The notes under the pieces were generated by a model. It ran no database searches. It was not told the DNA's origin and saw only the letters and a program-made list of their open reading frames with translations. Shown here one piece after another: positions 1 to 13,671 of a DNA stretch of 64,000 nucleotides. Source of the stretch: Amoebophrya sp. A120 (lineage: Eukaryota > Protista > Dinoflagellata); contig CAJINV010000013.1 in assembly GCA_905178155.1 (NCBI GenBank), forward strand, positions 1,326,392-1,390,391, given 5' to 3'. Made by a program: the position numbers and the translations under genes. Numbering within the stretch: position 1 is the first letter of the stretch; each line of letters starts with the position of its first letter.

Positions 1-1949
1 GGGCCCCAGTGCGCCTCGTCCCTTTAGGAACAAACAACGTCGGTCCAGAGTAGAAGCAAAGTAATGACGTCGTCCCTCTCACTGACAGCGCCACCGCAGC
101 ACGGGTCACCGCGTAGCCCCGCCAAGGAGTTAGATAAACGGCCTCGGATAGCAATAGCTTAGTAAGAGTAAAAAAGAAAGTCTAGAAACCGGGCCAATAA
201 GTATAGACATAGCGCATAGATTAGTTATACACTCCACCCGCGCCCGCCGTGGTCGTGACCTTCGTGCCGTGATCGAGCGACGCGACAAGGGCCTGCGTTT
301 TTCTTAGGGACGAGGGCGCAGGACATGTCAGTGAGGGGAACCCGTGGGCTTGTCCTTATCGATCTTTTGTCGTTCCCCTGGTTATTCCTTTGATTTCACC
401 CATGCTATCTTTCTTTGTGCATCAGCACAGCCAGCGTGCACGAGAACAACGCCCCTCTTAACGACGTCGGATGTGGACGCGCCTACACGCTCGACAGAAG
501 GACTTCCGCCAACGACGGGGGAGGGTCAGCCGAGGATCGACGACGGGGGAGCTTTCTGTACTACGTCGGAGCGGGCGCCGTTTTTATAATATCATCGTGT
601 TGCACTACTTCATGTCGACGGTGGAGGGATAGGGAGTCCTCCACTGCGGGCTTCAGCCGACAGGTAACTCTGTTGCTTCGCCCTCACAACCATTTCCATT
701 CGACACAGTAGTGGCTCACTTCTTCTCGTCGAACAGGCGTGGCGTCTGGGCACTCCGGGCACGGGCCCTAGCGGACACCAATCGCCTAGTGGTCACCAAC
801 CGGCTGTGGTCAGCGCCACAAATCCAAACTTTGCGCCCCGAGCTCTCTCGCTGTGGTTTGACACGCATCACGGTGTAGCAGCTAGTATGTTGTGTCGTCT
901 CTCCACCGGGAAACTACGACACCAAGTGAAGACGTACAGCTGGCAGATACAACTACCGCGGAACCAGCGAGCCACTACAATCAAGCGGCCAGCGACACCA
1001 TGGGGGCGTTTGCAGTACAGACTCGGGGACGGGCCTTGAGCGGAGAAAAGGAGATCTTCATGGGTCGTGGCACTGAAGTCCTAGGTTTTGTACACCTGGC
1101 AGGGCTATTTGTCCACGATATAAAAAGACCGTCGGTACGCACGCGCGTAGAAAAAAAAAAGGGTTTAGGGTCATACCTACAAGCAGCGCCACGCTTCCAA
1201 AAGAGGAAGAAGTTTTCGTACAAAAAGCTAGTGCGTAATATGAGGATGATACAATAGACAGGGTTTAGGAAAAAAAGTCTGTGCTCAGACTTGGCGCGCT
1301 AGTTCGACTGTTACTTCACTACAAGACCACTTTTGGTGGCCCGCCCTGCATACACGCATCGGGAAGCAATAGTCTTATTAGTGTAGTGCTATGGTGGAGG
1401 GTTTAACTGCTATGCGGTGCCCGAGTCTGTCGAGCGCAAGTAGTTGTACTTGGCACAAGTTTTAGGTGCTACACTACTCGCCACACCGCACCCGTACCCG
1501 TACCCGTAAAAACCTATCCCCAGCTCGGCTAGTCGTCCTCAGAAACATGTCCTATGGTTAGCTTAAGAAAGAGAGTAGCTTAGTAGTTAGAAGCTGACTA
1601 TAGCGGTGTCCTTCTCCTCCTCTTATATGAATTAAGAATGTCGCGTACTGCTGTCGCGAGTCACAAATAAAAGTGTTTAGTTTTTCGCTACTCTCGCGCA
1701 GCTAGAAGCACAATTACCCACGTAGCTATTTCGCGATGGGATTTTTTTTGAACTTTACCCCGGCCCTCATAGTTCGTACTGCTGATGGTGAGACACAACA
1801 AAGGCCAGCCAGTTTCGCACTTTTGATGGTGCGGGCAAGGTTGGCTGCCAGTGCAGCCAGGCTCATCGTGGGCTCCGTCTTATTCTGTTTGCTGTTTCGC
1901 AGACAAAACGGAAACGAAATGAGGTGGCAAGTTCTACAGCAATATATCG

Positions 1950-2510
1950 AAGCACTGATGTATGATGACATTGAAAGGCCACTTGCGATAACATATCAAT
2001 CGCGCGAGATCAACAGTGAGGCACCGTGCAAGGAAATCTAAACTCTCTTGGCCCTACTGATTTCGGTGGCCAAGTGAAATTCCGAAGAGGGGCGAGCGGC
2101 AAAAACGGGATATGTGCAAGCCAGAGCGGCTCGCGAATGAACGGTCTCAGCACTGGCCGTGAAAGACGTGTTTGTTCATCTTCGCATACGGAATATTGAT
2201 ATTTCCGCTCTTCGTAGCGCTCCTGTACATGATGCTGATCATGGTGTTGAAATGCAACACAAGTCTGGAGATGATCTAAAGCTGCCTGACAGATCGCGAT
2301 CCCGGTCTTCTACGTTCAACATGTAAGCACTGTATCAGCGGTATTCTGCAAAGAAAATATCCGATTCGTAGAGTGCCGAATTCGTCTTATGAAGCTCGGT
2401 CTGTGGTATTCGGTGATCGATCGAAAGGCATCAAGCTGGAAATTATGTTGGCATGCAGGGTTGCAGCTTCGACTAACTTTAACGAGCCTTAAATTCTGTG
2501 TATCGTAGGT
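1950..2510. repeat. Copy 1 of a ~550-nt diverged direct repeat (copy 2 at ~5100-5690)
   Basis: Colinear blocks, e.g. CTGATGTATGATGACATTGAAAGGCC / CTGATGTACGATGACATTGAAGGGCC, CTGATCATGGTGTTGAAAT in both, CGGTGATCGATCGAAAGGC in both. Ends are approximate. Confidence 0.8.
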
Positions 2511-3164
2511 ATAGCCAGGCACTTTCGAACAAGATCAGAAGTAACGAAAATCGATCTGCCGATCTTCTCACTGGCTCTCACAACAGGAAGCTACTGCAGC
2601 TCTGATCATGATTCGTCTGCCGGAAAAGCGCGAACACAATTCGGTAAAAATGATTCTTGATTGCTTGAAGTCGAAATGCATCGCTTTCATCACTCAGATG
2701 ACAAAATCATGAAAAAGTCGAACAAAGATCCTCCCTTGCTATTTACCACCTCGATGTATGGAGATCACGTTCAATTGCCAACTTCGCTCCTCGCTGTGTC
2801 TGTGGAGGCTTCATCTCAATGTTCAATTATCGGTACTGCTGTTGTGCACCCGGCGAGCATCCTCTTTTTTTCGTTGAAAAAAAGCTCTCTGTGACACCCC
2901 TCCCAACACCAGAGTGCACTATTTGCGACCTTACCAACGCTGTTGTCAGCGAAGTAAGTAATAACATAGAATTTCGCGTAGCACCGAAAAATCGATAATA
3001 AAACCTGCACTGTCCACCTCATTCTACAAGAAGGTAACAATAAGTTTTATTTCCGAAGCAAGTACTTCCTGTCCACGTCCAGCTTCTTCTGGTTCTGGCT
3101 ATTGAAGTAAAAATAACTTCTTCTCAAGAAAGTTTTCATCTCCGCAAGAACGACCGATCCAACC

Positions 3165-4454
3165 ATGCCTCGTCTTGTCGCGGTTCTTCCGGTGGTCATG
3201 TTTTCCATTTGCCGGCTCTCGCTGGTGCTCGCCACGCCACCTGGAGGAAGCAGGATTCGGGCGGCGTCAGCGCCGGGCACCGCCTCGAATAAGTGGCACG
3301 GTACTAGGCACCCCCGAAGCAGGAGCACTCCGAGGAGTAGCGCCGGGGAGTACGAAAAGTTTTTGCAAAGTCTCTCGGAACAGGAACTGAACGTGGAGTT
3401 TATAAACGTGGTTTTTTCGCTGTCCGGCGAGGGTGAGGAAGGCGATCGATCCGAAAGGAACCGGGGCGGCACTACCACTTTTCTGGATGGTCTGTCTGTC
3501 GACGATCTATTGGGACCGACGCTGGCGGCGAAGCGTCAAGAGATCGAAGCCGCGGGCCGCAAAGTATCCTCCAGTTTTCCCGGTTTCGACGTACCCGCCA
3601 AACACGATTCGCCGCTTTTTCAGCGGGTTTTTCACGCGTTCCTCAAAAATGAGGACCTCCAGACCGGAGCTTCCACAGCTGCAGGCACTCGTGCGCAACG
3701 CGATGACGTACTGAAACGGGCAGCACTCTTCGGCGAATTCAAAGAAAGGACGAAGAGTGGACCGTATGAAGGGACGAAATTGTTTAAGTTTTGGACAGAA
3801 TTCATTGCTACGCGGCTCGCGCCAAGGATGGACGCGAAAAACTGGAGCAATGGATATATCACTTTCCCGGACCCGCTGCATCGTATTCGTCGTAACTGGG
3901 ATCAAGCGGACTACGAAGCCCGTAAGAGAACGAAAGCACTGATTTGGTCATCCGGGGCTGCTCAAGTTGGTACGTAGTTCTGTGGGATCATGCCATCTCT
4001 GTGTGGATCTGTTCCAGTACACAAAATGCAAATCGCGGACCGCAGTAGTTGATTTTGATTTGTCATGCAGAAACTATAGTCGCGCGAACTTTGTTTGTGT
4101 ACGTACGCAGAAGTACTTGCTTTGACAACTTGCGTAGAGCTGGATGACCGCGGTTTTCCGTGCACACACGTTCCTCCAGACGACGGAGCGCGATTTTTTA
4201 GTGTGGACTATAGTTGGCGGAAGGAGAACACGCAACAACTAGCTGCTTCCCAACACGCAACAACAGAACCCGACCCATTGCAGGCTCCCCCCCCACCCGG
4301 CCCGTTGGAACGTTATAATGACGATGACGAGCCCGACTGGTACGGGATAAGGTGTGACTTTGTGTACAACGTGTCTGCAAAGAATCCTCGGGCGCAACTG
4401 GAGTCAGTCTCGATCAGGCGAGATGGAGACTCGCTTATCTTTTGGCTTAAGTAG
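3165..4454 (+). CDS. Secreted hypothetical protein, 2 exons (3165-3969, 4180-4454)
   Basis: Hydrophobic N-terminus MPRLVAVLPVVMFSICRLSLVLA. A canonical GT-AG intron at 3970-4179 joins ORF 3165 in frame to ORF 4095 (…AQV-D-DGARFF…). Confidence 0.7.
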
Positions 4455-5099
4455 CGCACACGCAGTTTTTGTTTTAATGTCATCGCGGCGCTTGAACAGC
4501 GTGAATGTAGTGCGTCAGATTGTATGAATTTAGGGCTGCTTCATCAATTGTTTCCGGGAACAAGAAGCCGCGTTCCGCCATGTTGTTTTGAGCAGTGCGT
4601 GTGATGGTTTTTCGGAAGCGGGCTCTAGGTGCATATTGTTTTGAGGTCTCTTTGATGAGTATAAAGATGGTCCTCGTGCTGATCCCCATTGCATTGTCGT
4701 TGGCCGTTCGACCACTTTGCAGGGTTTCTTTGGCGGCGCTTTAGATTTTTCATTTGCTTTTTTGCCCTTTCAGTTGCAATATGAATGTACAATGTAGTAC
4801 ACAACTTTTGCATTATGTACGAGGCGGTACTTCTAGCAGTAAGTAGAAGTACACAACAAAATAGAAATACCACTTGGATATACCTCCAGACGCACACGAG
4901 TCGCGATGTGCGTAAGTACTGCACACTACTCGTGATGTGAGTAAGTACTGGCTCGTTGCCATGTGCGAAAAGCATAGAACATTTACCGTTTATCTGTCTT
5001 GTACGGTGAACTTATAGATGAAACTTAATACCCTGTGCCGCGAATGGAGAGCATAGCGGAGTGTTTCCAGCATACGCTCGTCCCTCGTCCTCCAGCACT

Positions 5100-5690
5100 C
5101 GTACTGATGTACGATGACATTGAAGGGCCGCCTGCAATGACAAGGAAACCGCTCGAGCTGAACGGTTACCGTGCAAAGAAATATGAACTTCATTGGCACG
5201 ACTGATTTTGGTCGTCAAGTGGAATTTTGACAAGCGGGGAGCGGCAAAAACGTGATATGTGCAAGGCAAGGCGGCTTGCTAATGGATGGTCTCAGCAGTG
5301 GCCGTGAAAGAAGCGTCGTGGTTGTTCATCGCATAAGGAATACGAATATTGATATCCCCGCTCCTTGTAGTGCATCTGTACATGATGAGCCTGATCATGG
5401 TGTTGAAATACAACACCGCTCGGGAATTACTGCACCCATTTGAAGATCTAAAACTGCACAGATCGCGATCCCGCTTTTCTAGGTTCAACAATAGATGGCT
5501 CGCAGAACAAGTGCCGGCCCAGTGCGTGGCTGAGCGTGCAGAAAATATCGAGTTTCGTAGAAAAATGCCGGATTTGTTCGGTCTTTGGTACTCGGTGATC
5601 GATCGAAAGGCGCGCAGGAGATTATGCCGTGCAGCGGCGCAGTGTGCCGGATGAACTCTAAACTCGGTGTAGTTATGTAGCTATATAATT
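5100..5690. repeat. Copy 2 of the ~550-nt diverged direct repeat
   Basis: Aligns by eye to 1950-2510. Confidence 0.8.
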
Positions 5691-5811
5691 TCTTTTGTAC
5701 AAGGTGGAAATGACATACTAAACTTGCGCCCACAACCACATCTAGATTTAAGTGCAGAAGAATTGCCGCTCAGTAAAAATCGAAGAGAGACATTGGATTG
5801 TTTGTAGGCGG

Positions 5812-8800
5812 ATGATGTCGTTCCGCGCGTTTGGTACACAAAGACGAATTGCTCGACGGGGGAAGTTTGCTTCCGTGTGCTGTCTGATTTTCGGCCAGAT
5901 TTTCTTTCCTCCGGCCGCTCACTTTTATTTGCACCACCTTGCAACTGCATGGAAGAGTAAAACCAGCGGCGAGAATGAACAGGAGCCAGATGTGCAGGAA
6001 ATCACGTCCAGGCAGAGCAAGTTTTTGCGGAACAGCCTGCTGCTCACACTGCCGACGACAGCGTCGCGACATCTTCCGCCAAGGCCCATGGCACAAGCGC
6101 TGGTGGGCCAGCCGACCGGGAGAGAAGCGCAGGAAAACGATGCGACAGGGGCGCGGTCTCCGGATCACAAGGAGGAGGAAGTGGGAGAACTCCAGCATGA
6201 AATCGGAACCTCGACAAACTTGAAAAATTCGATCGCCAGACGTCCTCGCCGGCGGAGCCCAAAGTTTTACGACATCCAATCGCGAAGAAGCAAGTGGGCG
6301 AGCGCTATGCGCCCGTTGCTGTTGCAGAGGATTCGGGGCTACATGGAGATCACGCCAGAAGTCTACAATGTGGTGCCCCGGAGCAGAACCAGCGACGAAG
6401 CCATTCGGTTGACAGATCACGTGCCGATTGGGAAATGTGTATCCAAGGTGTGGAAGTGGACTCGGTTGGAGCTGGACCTGCCAAAAGTTTTCACTGCCAG
6501 CGACATTCTGGAACTTGCCCGGCCGGATATGCTAGGAACGTATCTATACGGCTCTTGGATAGCTCTCTTTCATCTGTACCTAGAAGTGTCTTAGCGTTTC
6601 CGTCGCCACCTACAAGGGGAGTCAGGCGCTGTAAAGAGGAGGAACGCTGCGAAATAATAGTAGACAAAGTTCTGCTCCTGCCTTTGTGGTTTTGATGACC
6701 AAGAAGTTGATTTGTGGGTTCCCGGGGCAGTTAGATAGAATGACTGTTCGGTCTTGGTCTGAAATTTGGCACGAGATCGAGTCGAAGCAACTCCTGTCTT
6801 GTCGTACTTCGGGACTACAGTGCGATCGGGAACGAACAGTACAGAATCGCATATATCGAAAGAGCTCTTTTCATTCCAAATCCTGACCCCAGCCGGCCGG
6901 AGACGGAGCACGAGGTCGTGCGCGAAGAGCTGGTGTATCAGGCCGAGAAGTGCAAGCGGGGGTACGGCCGCATGTTCCTTCTCGAGGTCCAGGCGTTCCA
7001 GAACCGCACCCAGCAAGTGGACATGCTGCAGCGGAGCCACGTGTTGACGCAACAGAAGTTCTTTCTCTGCGTGCCGCTGTCTTGCGGCGAGGCCGGAATT
7101 CTGGAGGTCGCCGGGTTGGAAATGCTGTTTGCGGCGTTGCAGCTGCGGTACCTGTCGTCGGACTACTTCGAGATTGCTGAGGAAGATGATGTCGTCGAAA
7201 CTGACCACTCGCAACAAAGAACGCCCTCTGGGACAGGTTTTTCCACCCCTGCTGCAGGACTTTCTCGACGACCGTCGTCGGGACCTCCGGGAGATGATTT
7301 CGACTACATGCTGACAGAAGCCGAGGATCTTCTACTTTCATCACAAAATTATACCACTATTCAGAAGGAATTTTTCCTTTCGGTGGAAATTTTACAGGAG
7401 CCGTCAAACATGGGCAGAATCGTCGAGCTCGCCACGGAGCTGCGGAAGCGGTTTTACGTGAAACGAGCGGAAGCAGTGGTAGTGGTATCGAGACGAGCGA
7501 GCACAACTTCCACGGACAGGATATTATTTGGTCCTGACACGGTTGGAGGAGGTACGGGTGGCGTTGAAAGAACCCGAGCAGCAGCTTCAAGTTCTGCACA
7601 GCATACCATCTCCTGGGTCACGTCGGAGTCCTCGCATCTCGCAAGAAACGTAAACGGCCGCTTTTGCGTCGAGGAGAACTCGTTCGTGAAGGACACAATT
7701 TCATCCACTGAAAGCAGTGGTTTCTATAATGATTCTGCAACCTCCACTTCTAACGGAACTCCTGCAGCATCTTCCGACCATATCATGGCACCGCCTGACG
7801 GAACGTTTGCAGTTCGCCAGGCACTGTTCAAAAATCTCCCCGGCAACTTCTTCCAAGCGAGTGCCCGGGCGCTCGACGCGGGTTCAGTGGTTTCCTACGA
7901 TCAGGGGGAAGTGTTTCGGAATCTGGAGTTACCGCCTGAGGATGAACTAATTCTGGTCCCTGCGGAAACATCGACTACGGTAGAGAGAAGTGGGGCATTT
8001 GGTACAGCTGGTAGAGATCATGATCATCTAGACGACCACGACATCACGCCTTCCTCTTCTCGCGTTGATTTTGCGTTTGCTGCTGTGTACAAGAAGACAG
8101 GGGGACGCCAGAAAGAAGTCCTCGATGTTGAAAAACCATCGGGTGGCAGAGGCATTGCTGGAGAAGACGAGTCTGCTGCAACTTTCGTGCCTAGAAGCAC
8201 CCCCGAAGAGCAAGTCGATAACATCAAGCAGGCGACTCTAACAACAAAAGCATCTTCAGTTGGAACGACATACTACAGGCAGCACAAGGTCGCAAAAATC
8301 CGCAACGCGACGCACTGGCACCACGACCCGCCGGCGCAGTGCTCCGGCTTCCACGCGATTTCGAATTTCAACTGTCTGCGGGAAGAGGCGGACTTCTTTG
8401 CGGATGGTCGGACAACATTCGCTCGCCCACCGACAGATCCTATGTTGATGTTGCCTCCGGGGCAACGAGAAGAGCAGGAACGATTTTTACGGCAAGAATC
8501 AATAAGCGGACAGCGCAGGGAAGAAATCACAAAACCTTCGCAAACACGACATCAAAGTAGAACCTCCAAGCTGTTTGCCATCGTTCACGTGTCCGATCTC
8601 GTATCGCACAGTTATGACCATCGCTGGACGAAGCAGCGATCGAGACATCGGATCTTTCCCTCACGACGACACGACAAGAAGGACGAGGCGTCCAAAAAAG
8701 CGAACAGTGAAGGTTCCGACGACTATAGCGACTACTACCGGCGGCACGACCTCGCGGACGAAGATACGATCGTGGAAGAGGATTCGTTTTCGGATGTCGA

Positions 8801-11395
8801 TTTCTGGAAGAACAACCAGAAAGCGCTAGATTTTATGGAGGACGAGTGTCAGAAAAGGCTAACTACCAAAGCCTCCGTCCAACAAGAATCCGCGACAGGC
8901 AAGGATGGGCAGCTGCGGGAGAAAAACCTCAAGGTGGCAAAGGAACTACAAAAGGACGTCGATGGTGAACACCTTGCGAACTCGAAGATATCATCGGCAA
9001 GTAGACCTCTCCGCTGCATAGACCGCATTCTGGCTATTCCGAAGAACACAGTCCCCGGGCTCCACTACGACGCGTTTGTTGAAAGAGGTGATAAAAATTC
9101 GAAGATGAGCTCCGTTCTACCGCCGCGGAATACAATTGCAGCTCCCACTGCGACCACTTCTGCCGATTCTTCCCCTCTGAAACAGCTGCTACAAGACACG
9201 TACCAAGTCATTATCCGTCAGGACTGGGACCTGCGAACTGACATTTTCCAGCACCTGCACGACTCGCACTACTGGGTGAATTTTGTCTCAAATCAAACGG
9301 CGTACGCGGTGAACATGATTTGCGACCAGTTTAAACTGTTTGTCCTTCTGCAGTTAGCGCAAGAGTACACGGCGGTTCTGACCTTGGACTCTGACTACCT
9401 GATCGTGCAGCCCTACCGGGTTCTGGAGTTTTTTGCGTTTTTGGGCAAAGACGAAAATGAGAATTTGGCGTTTATGACGCCGGAGGGGCCGCTCCACGTG
9501 TCGATGATATCGTGAGGAAAAATCCCCCCTCCCCATACCAAAAAGGGACACTGCTGAAAATTTGCGATGCTGATTTGTGGCCACAGATCGTCTCTGTATT
9601 GCAAGAAGGCCAAGCCAGAGACTCCGCCGCATTTTGCAGGCGGTTTCTGATGCTATGGGGCCTACAGAGTACACATTTGCCATGCTACGCGCCTACGTCA
9701 AAACCCTCCTACTTAGGCTTGGCATGGGCCTGCAGTCCTCTACTGCAAGACAGACCTGATTTGTGTGCCCAAGTCCAGCATTAGAAACTTCCTCTTGATA
9801 TGGGGAGGGGGGATTTCTCCTCTCAGTAGATGATGGCCGCGAGTCACGTCACGTGGCGGGCGGACCTGGCGGTGCAGGAAGCGTGGCGGAGGATCGTTTT
9901 GCGTGTGTTCGATATGCACAGCGGCACGGAACTGTTTCCACCGGCGTATGTGAAGGAACATCAGGCACTTCTTCTAGCGAGCAACAAAAATGAAAGGGGC
10001 GAACAGGAGCTAGCAGCGGAAAGCGAAGTCGTCCCTTCGCGAAGTAGCAATAGTGGCAGAAATGATGTAGAGCGGCGGGAAAAGAACGAAATGCAGAGCA
10101 CGCACTCGTCGACGCCGTTGAGGTCTTGGACGGAAAGCTACGGTCTGACGGAGTACAGGGCGCTGCAGAGAATTGCCGGACGCAGATGGAAAGCCTGGTA
10201 TAAGGAACGACAAGGGCAGCTTTTGAAGGCAGCACCAGTTCTTGGAACCGGACAGGACCTGCAGGCGGAGGAAGGCAATGATTCCCAAAAGAGCAACTAT
10301 GAGAAAAGTAGCACTACATCAACAAGTATCCAACACCACGAGCCTCCAGCAAAAATTACATTTGGCTCGTTCAGAAACTTTTGGGGCAAAGATTTCTTCC
10401 TACACAATTTGTTCGGCGTCACACCGCCGCAAATCGGCACCATTGCGTATCCGAACGCATTAGCCGCGGCTAGCACCGAAGCTGTCGTGAAAAAGCAGCT
10501 GCTCCCGATCTTCGACAGGACTGATTCAGATGATTCTACTGCGAAAGACGATCTAGCTCTACCGACTGCGGCAGGTGCTCCTCGAAAATTCAATCCGGAG
10601 GAGCTTTTCGACTACCAACATAGAAGAAAGCCATCAGGAATTATATCGACGCCCGAACACCAGGAGTTGAGCATGCTACAAGAAGAATATGCCGGAAGAC
10701 CTTCTGCATCCAAGTCGAAGCGGGTGCTGCACAGTCACGAGCACAGCGGGGTGACAGATACTGCAGAAAGTGGCGGCACTGGTAGAATTGTCGTGCGTGG
10801 ACAACATCCAACATCGACTAGCAGTGGTACAACACCAAGTCCGGATGGAAGCAAAATACAAGCCACTGCTGCAAAATCTTCGAACATTTTATTTTCTCCA
10901 AAACCGGACCTGCCCCCGAAGTTCTTCGCGCGGATCGGTCACACCCCTCACCCCGTGCCCCGGACGCACATTGGGTTCCAAACGATCAACGGGCAGAACC
11001 TGTACGGTGTGCGAACGGTCGGCGGGCAGGGGGTGACAGGATATTTGCTTGGGTTCGTCCTGCCGAATTGGGAAAGGAGGTTTGAGATGCTGGAAGAATG
11101 GAAAGACGAGGGTGGTAGAAATATTAAAGCGAAACAAGAACATGATCTCCGTGAAGACCACGCGGAACATGAGTCGGCTCCAACAAATAGAAGCAAGTCC
11201 TCGCCCACGTCGACAAGCTTTCGCCTGCGACTGCTCCCCATGTGCCGTTGGGCCTACATGGTTCAGATGGAACACGACGAGTTTCATTGCGACGGGGACC
11301 TGGGACCCCCGGTTCTCGTGCACAAGCCGGACCAGGGGCTGGCGCTGTACATGCGGAAGTGGGCGCGGTTGCGCCAGTGCAAGGTGGGGGAGTAG
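5812..11395 (+). CDS. Large hypothetical protein, possible type II membrane glycosyltransferase (exons ~5812-6539, 6893-9507, 9834-11395)
   Basis: A GT-AG intron at 6540-6892 joins the ORFs in frame. Removing the TIR element 9508-9828 plus one GATGA gives …HVSM-MAASH…. N-terminal hydrophobic anchor and AVLTLDSDYLIV (DxD) motif. Function is tentative. Confidence 0.6.
9508..9828. mobile_element. TIR introner, family B (321 nt), TSD GATGA
   Basis: TIRs TATCGTGAGGAAAAATCCCCCCTCCCCATA / TATGGGGAGGGGGGATTTCTCCTCTCAGTA. Perfect 5-bp flanking duplication. Frame restored. Confidence 0.92.
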
Positions 11396-11944
11396 ACGGA
11401 ACCTCAGACCTCATCTGCACAGTGGTTGCTTTTTCGCAGAGCAACGCTTCCTCCTGCGCAACGATTCCTCCTAATACATAGGGTATGCCGGGTGTGTGTA
11501 GCATTGAGCTGCAGTGTGGTAGCATGTAGATGTGGCCGCCTGGTGAAGCTTGTCGGTGCTCATGCCGCAGCCGCTGTGATGTGACCGAAATAATGCAGGA
11601 TCCGATTGGGCGGAAAAATTAGATAAAGGACCTGAAATTTTCTCTGTGGCTTCAATAGTTGGTGACAGATTGTTGTCTCAGTCATTTGCCTGAAAAGCAG
11701 AGTTCGCTGTGCCGGTGCTTGCAAGGATTGGATGTGGTGGTCCCCCAGTTCATTTTTTTTGGTTCTAACGGAACAGGAACGGATAGCATTTTTTGTGTGC
11801 TATCAAGAACTAGCGCCTTTTTTGCGGCTGTTTTTTTTCGCACGCATTGTTCATTATCTCATTTTTCTTATCATTTCACGCAATTTTTCTAGTCGGCACT
11901 ACGAACCATTGACGTGACAAAGCACACGAACAAGGGACATAAAA

Positions 11945-12622
11945 ATGTGCGCGCCCGAGGAAAAGAACGCTAGCACTTCTACCGACGAACAGTCCCCGGA
12001 TTTTTCCGCCACCTCGTCGTCGTCGCTGATTCCGGTGTTCGGCTACGGCTCCAATAACCTCGAGCAGGTGGGGCAGCGGGTCCAGGCAACGGATTTGCAG
12101 CTCCGGGCGGCGAAAGCCATCCTGCCAAGGTACCAGCGAAAGTTCGTTTGTCACTCGAACCGGTGGGGCGGGGGAATCGCCACGGTGGTGGAAAATCGTA
12201 GCCAGACTGCGGGGACATCAAGGACCTACTGTCGCGGCTCTGTGATTTGGTTGTCGCGAGAGGAGCTGGAAAGGCTCGACAAGTGGGAGGACGTCGTCAG
12301 TGAAGATCCGAAAAACAGTACTCGCATGTACCGGCGCGAGGAGCTGGAGGTGGAGATAATTATAGGAGAATCTGTGGCCGCTCCACCCGCTCCACCCACG
12401 TCTGGGTCGTCTCATTGCAGCAGCTCACAAGGTGTAGGTGATGCCGGCAAGAGCAAGTCTTTATGCGGTAGTGTACCGCTAGAAAGGGTGAAAACAGTGG
12501 CAGCGCAGGTGTACGTGAAAAATGTAGACACGCCGGAGAATTTGCCGAGTCCGGCGTACCTGACTGCCTGCGTGCGGAATCTCGCGTATTTCTGGAGCGA
12601 GTACGAAATGGAACGAGTATAG
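11945..12622 (+). CDS. Gamma-glutamylcyclotransferase (GGCT/AIG2-like) family protein
   Basis: Motifs VFGYGSN, RWGGGIATV, GSVIWLSREELERLDKWE, AQVYV and PSPAYL. Confidence 0.85.
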   Translation: MCAPEEKNASTSTDEQSPDFSATSSSSLIPVFGYGSNNLEQVGQRVQATDLQLRAAKAILPRYQRKFVCHSNRWGGGIATVVENRSQTAGTSRTYCRGSVIWLSREELERLDKWEDVVSEDPKNSTRMYRREELEVEIIIGESVAAPPAPPTSGSSHCSSSQGVGDAGKSKSLCGSVPLERVKTVAAQVYVKNVDTPENLPSPAYLTACVRNLAYFWSEYEMERV

Positions 12623-13671
12623 GCGTAGTGTGTTTGCTATGCGAGGCTTCTCAAAGTTCAATGCGGCCCTGTGACACTGTCAGAGCTGTGCACATCAAGA
12701 ACTTTGGGAAGTAACGCAGGCTGCAGACGAGTTTTTTTCCAATGGGATATCCGAAAAGAAATCGCGGACGAGCTGCAGGGACTGGAAAAAATAGCGCTGG
12801 CCGAATTTTCGCAGGACTGTATCCGCGCTTGACAAAAATCAAATTGGATTTTGAGGACGTTGGTCGTTTCAGGCATCTGCATAGAAAAGACAATTCGAAC
12901 GCGAAACCGAGCACCACCGTGGAACTCTTTTATCGTCTCTCAGCGCGCAGCACGACATTCACATTCACATTTTGGACATACTTCTATTTCCATTTTCAGT
13001 GGACGAAATTCAGGCAGAATGCTCCAATTTTTCCGCTGTTACAGCAGTTTAAGTAACGGTGTGTGACGAGGACAATTATTTCCGTGGATCTGACGGCAGG
13101 ATTTACAGTTCCTGATACGATCTTCATATGCGATCTGGAACCTACCACTGGAAAAGTTGAAGTTCCGATGAAGCTCAACCTTGTGACATCATTCAGACGA
13201 AAAAGGAAGAACTGTGAATATGATCTTCTTCATCACGGGCAAGAAAATAACACGCTTGTTTGAACGAAAAAAATGTCGATCTTGCAACGGATATGGACGA
13301 TCTTGAACTCTGCGGTCATTAAGGAGCGAGAAATAGTGCGGAAATCCTGGAAGCGAAGTGGAGGCACATGCGCTTCGGATCTGTGTCTGTCTCTCATTCG
13401 ATGGCCACCAAGCTCATCCTCCACCTTGTGCAGCACCTTATGCATTGCATGATGCATGAGAAGATACAATCATACGAGTAGTAGCGTCATCCCCCTTCAG
13501 TAAGCTGCTATGAAATAGTGTGTCGTTATTTGCGGGAGATCAAAGGCGCTAGGTAAGTCAAAAGCTGCTGCCCCATGGAGAACCATTTTTATTTTTGCGC
13601 GACTCGTGCACTAAGTAAAAAAGAGAGCAGTGCTTTTCATTTCTAAATTCGCTTAGCAAGAAGTTTTCACC

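Noticed and set aside
1161-1270. GGGTTTAGGG / GGGTTTAGG resembling TTTAGGG telomeric repeats
   Set aside because: These are isolated single units, not an array, and lie in the suspect mirrored segment.
9512-9784. Short recurrent ORFs inside the elements (e.g. [25 protein letters not shown])
   Set aside because: They are translations of TIR sequence, not transposase. No DDE-like ORF was seen anywhere in the window.
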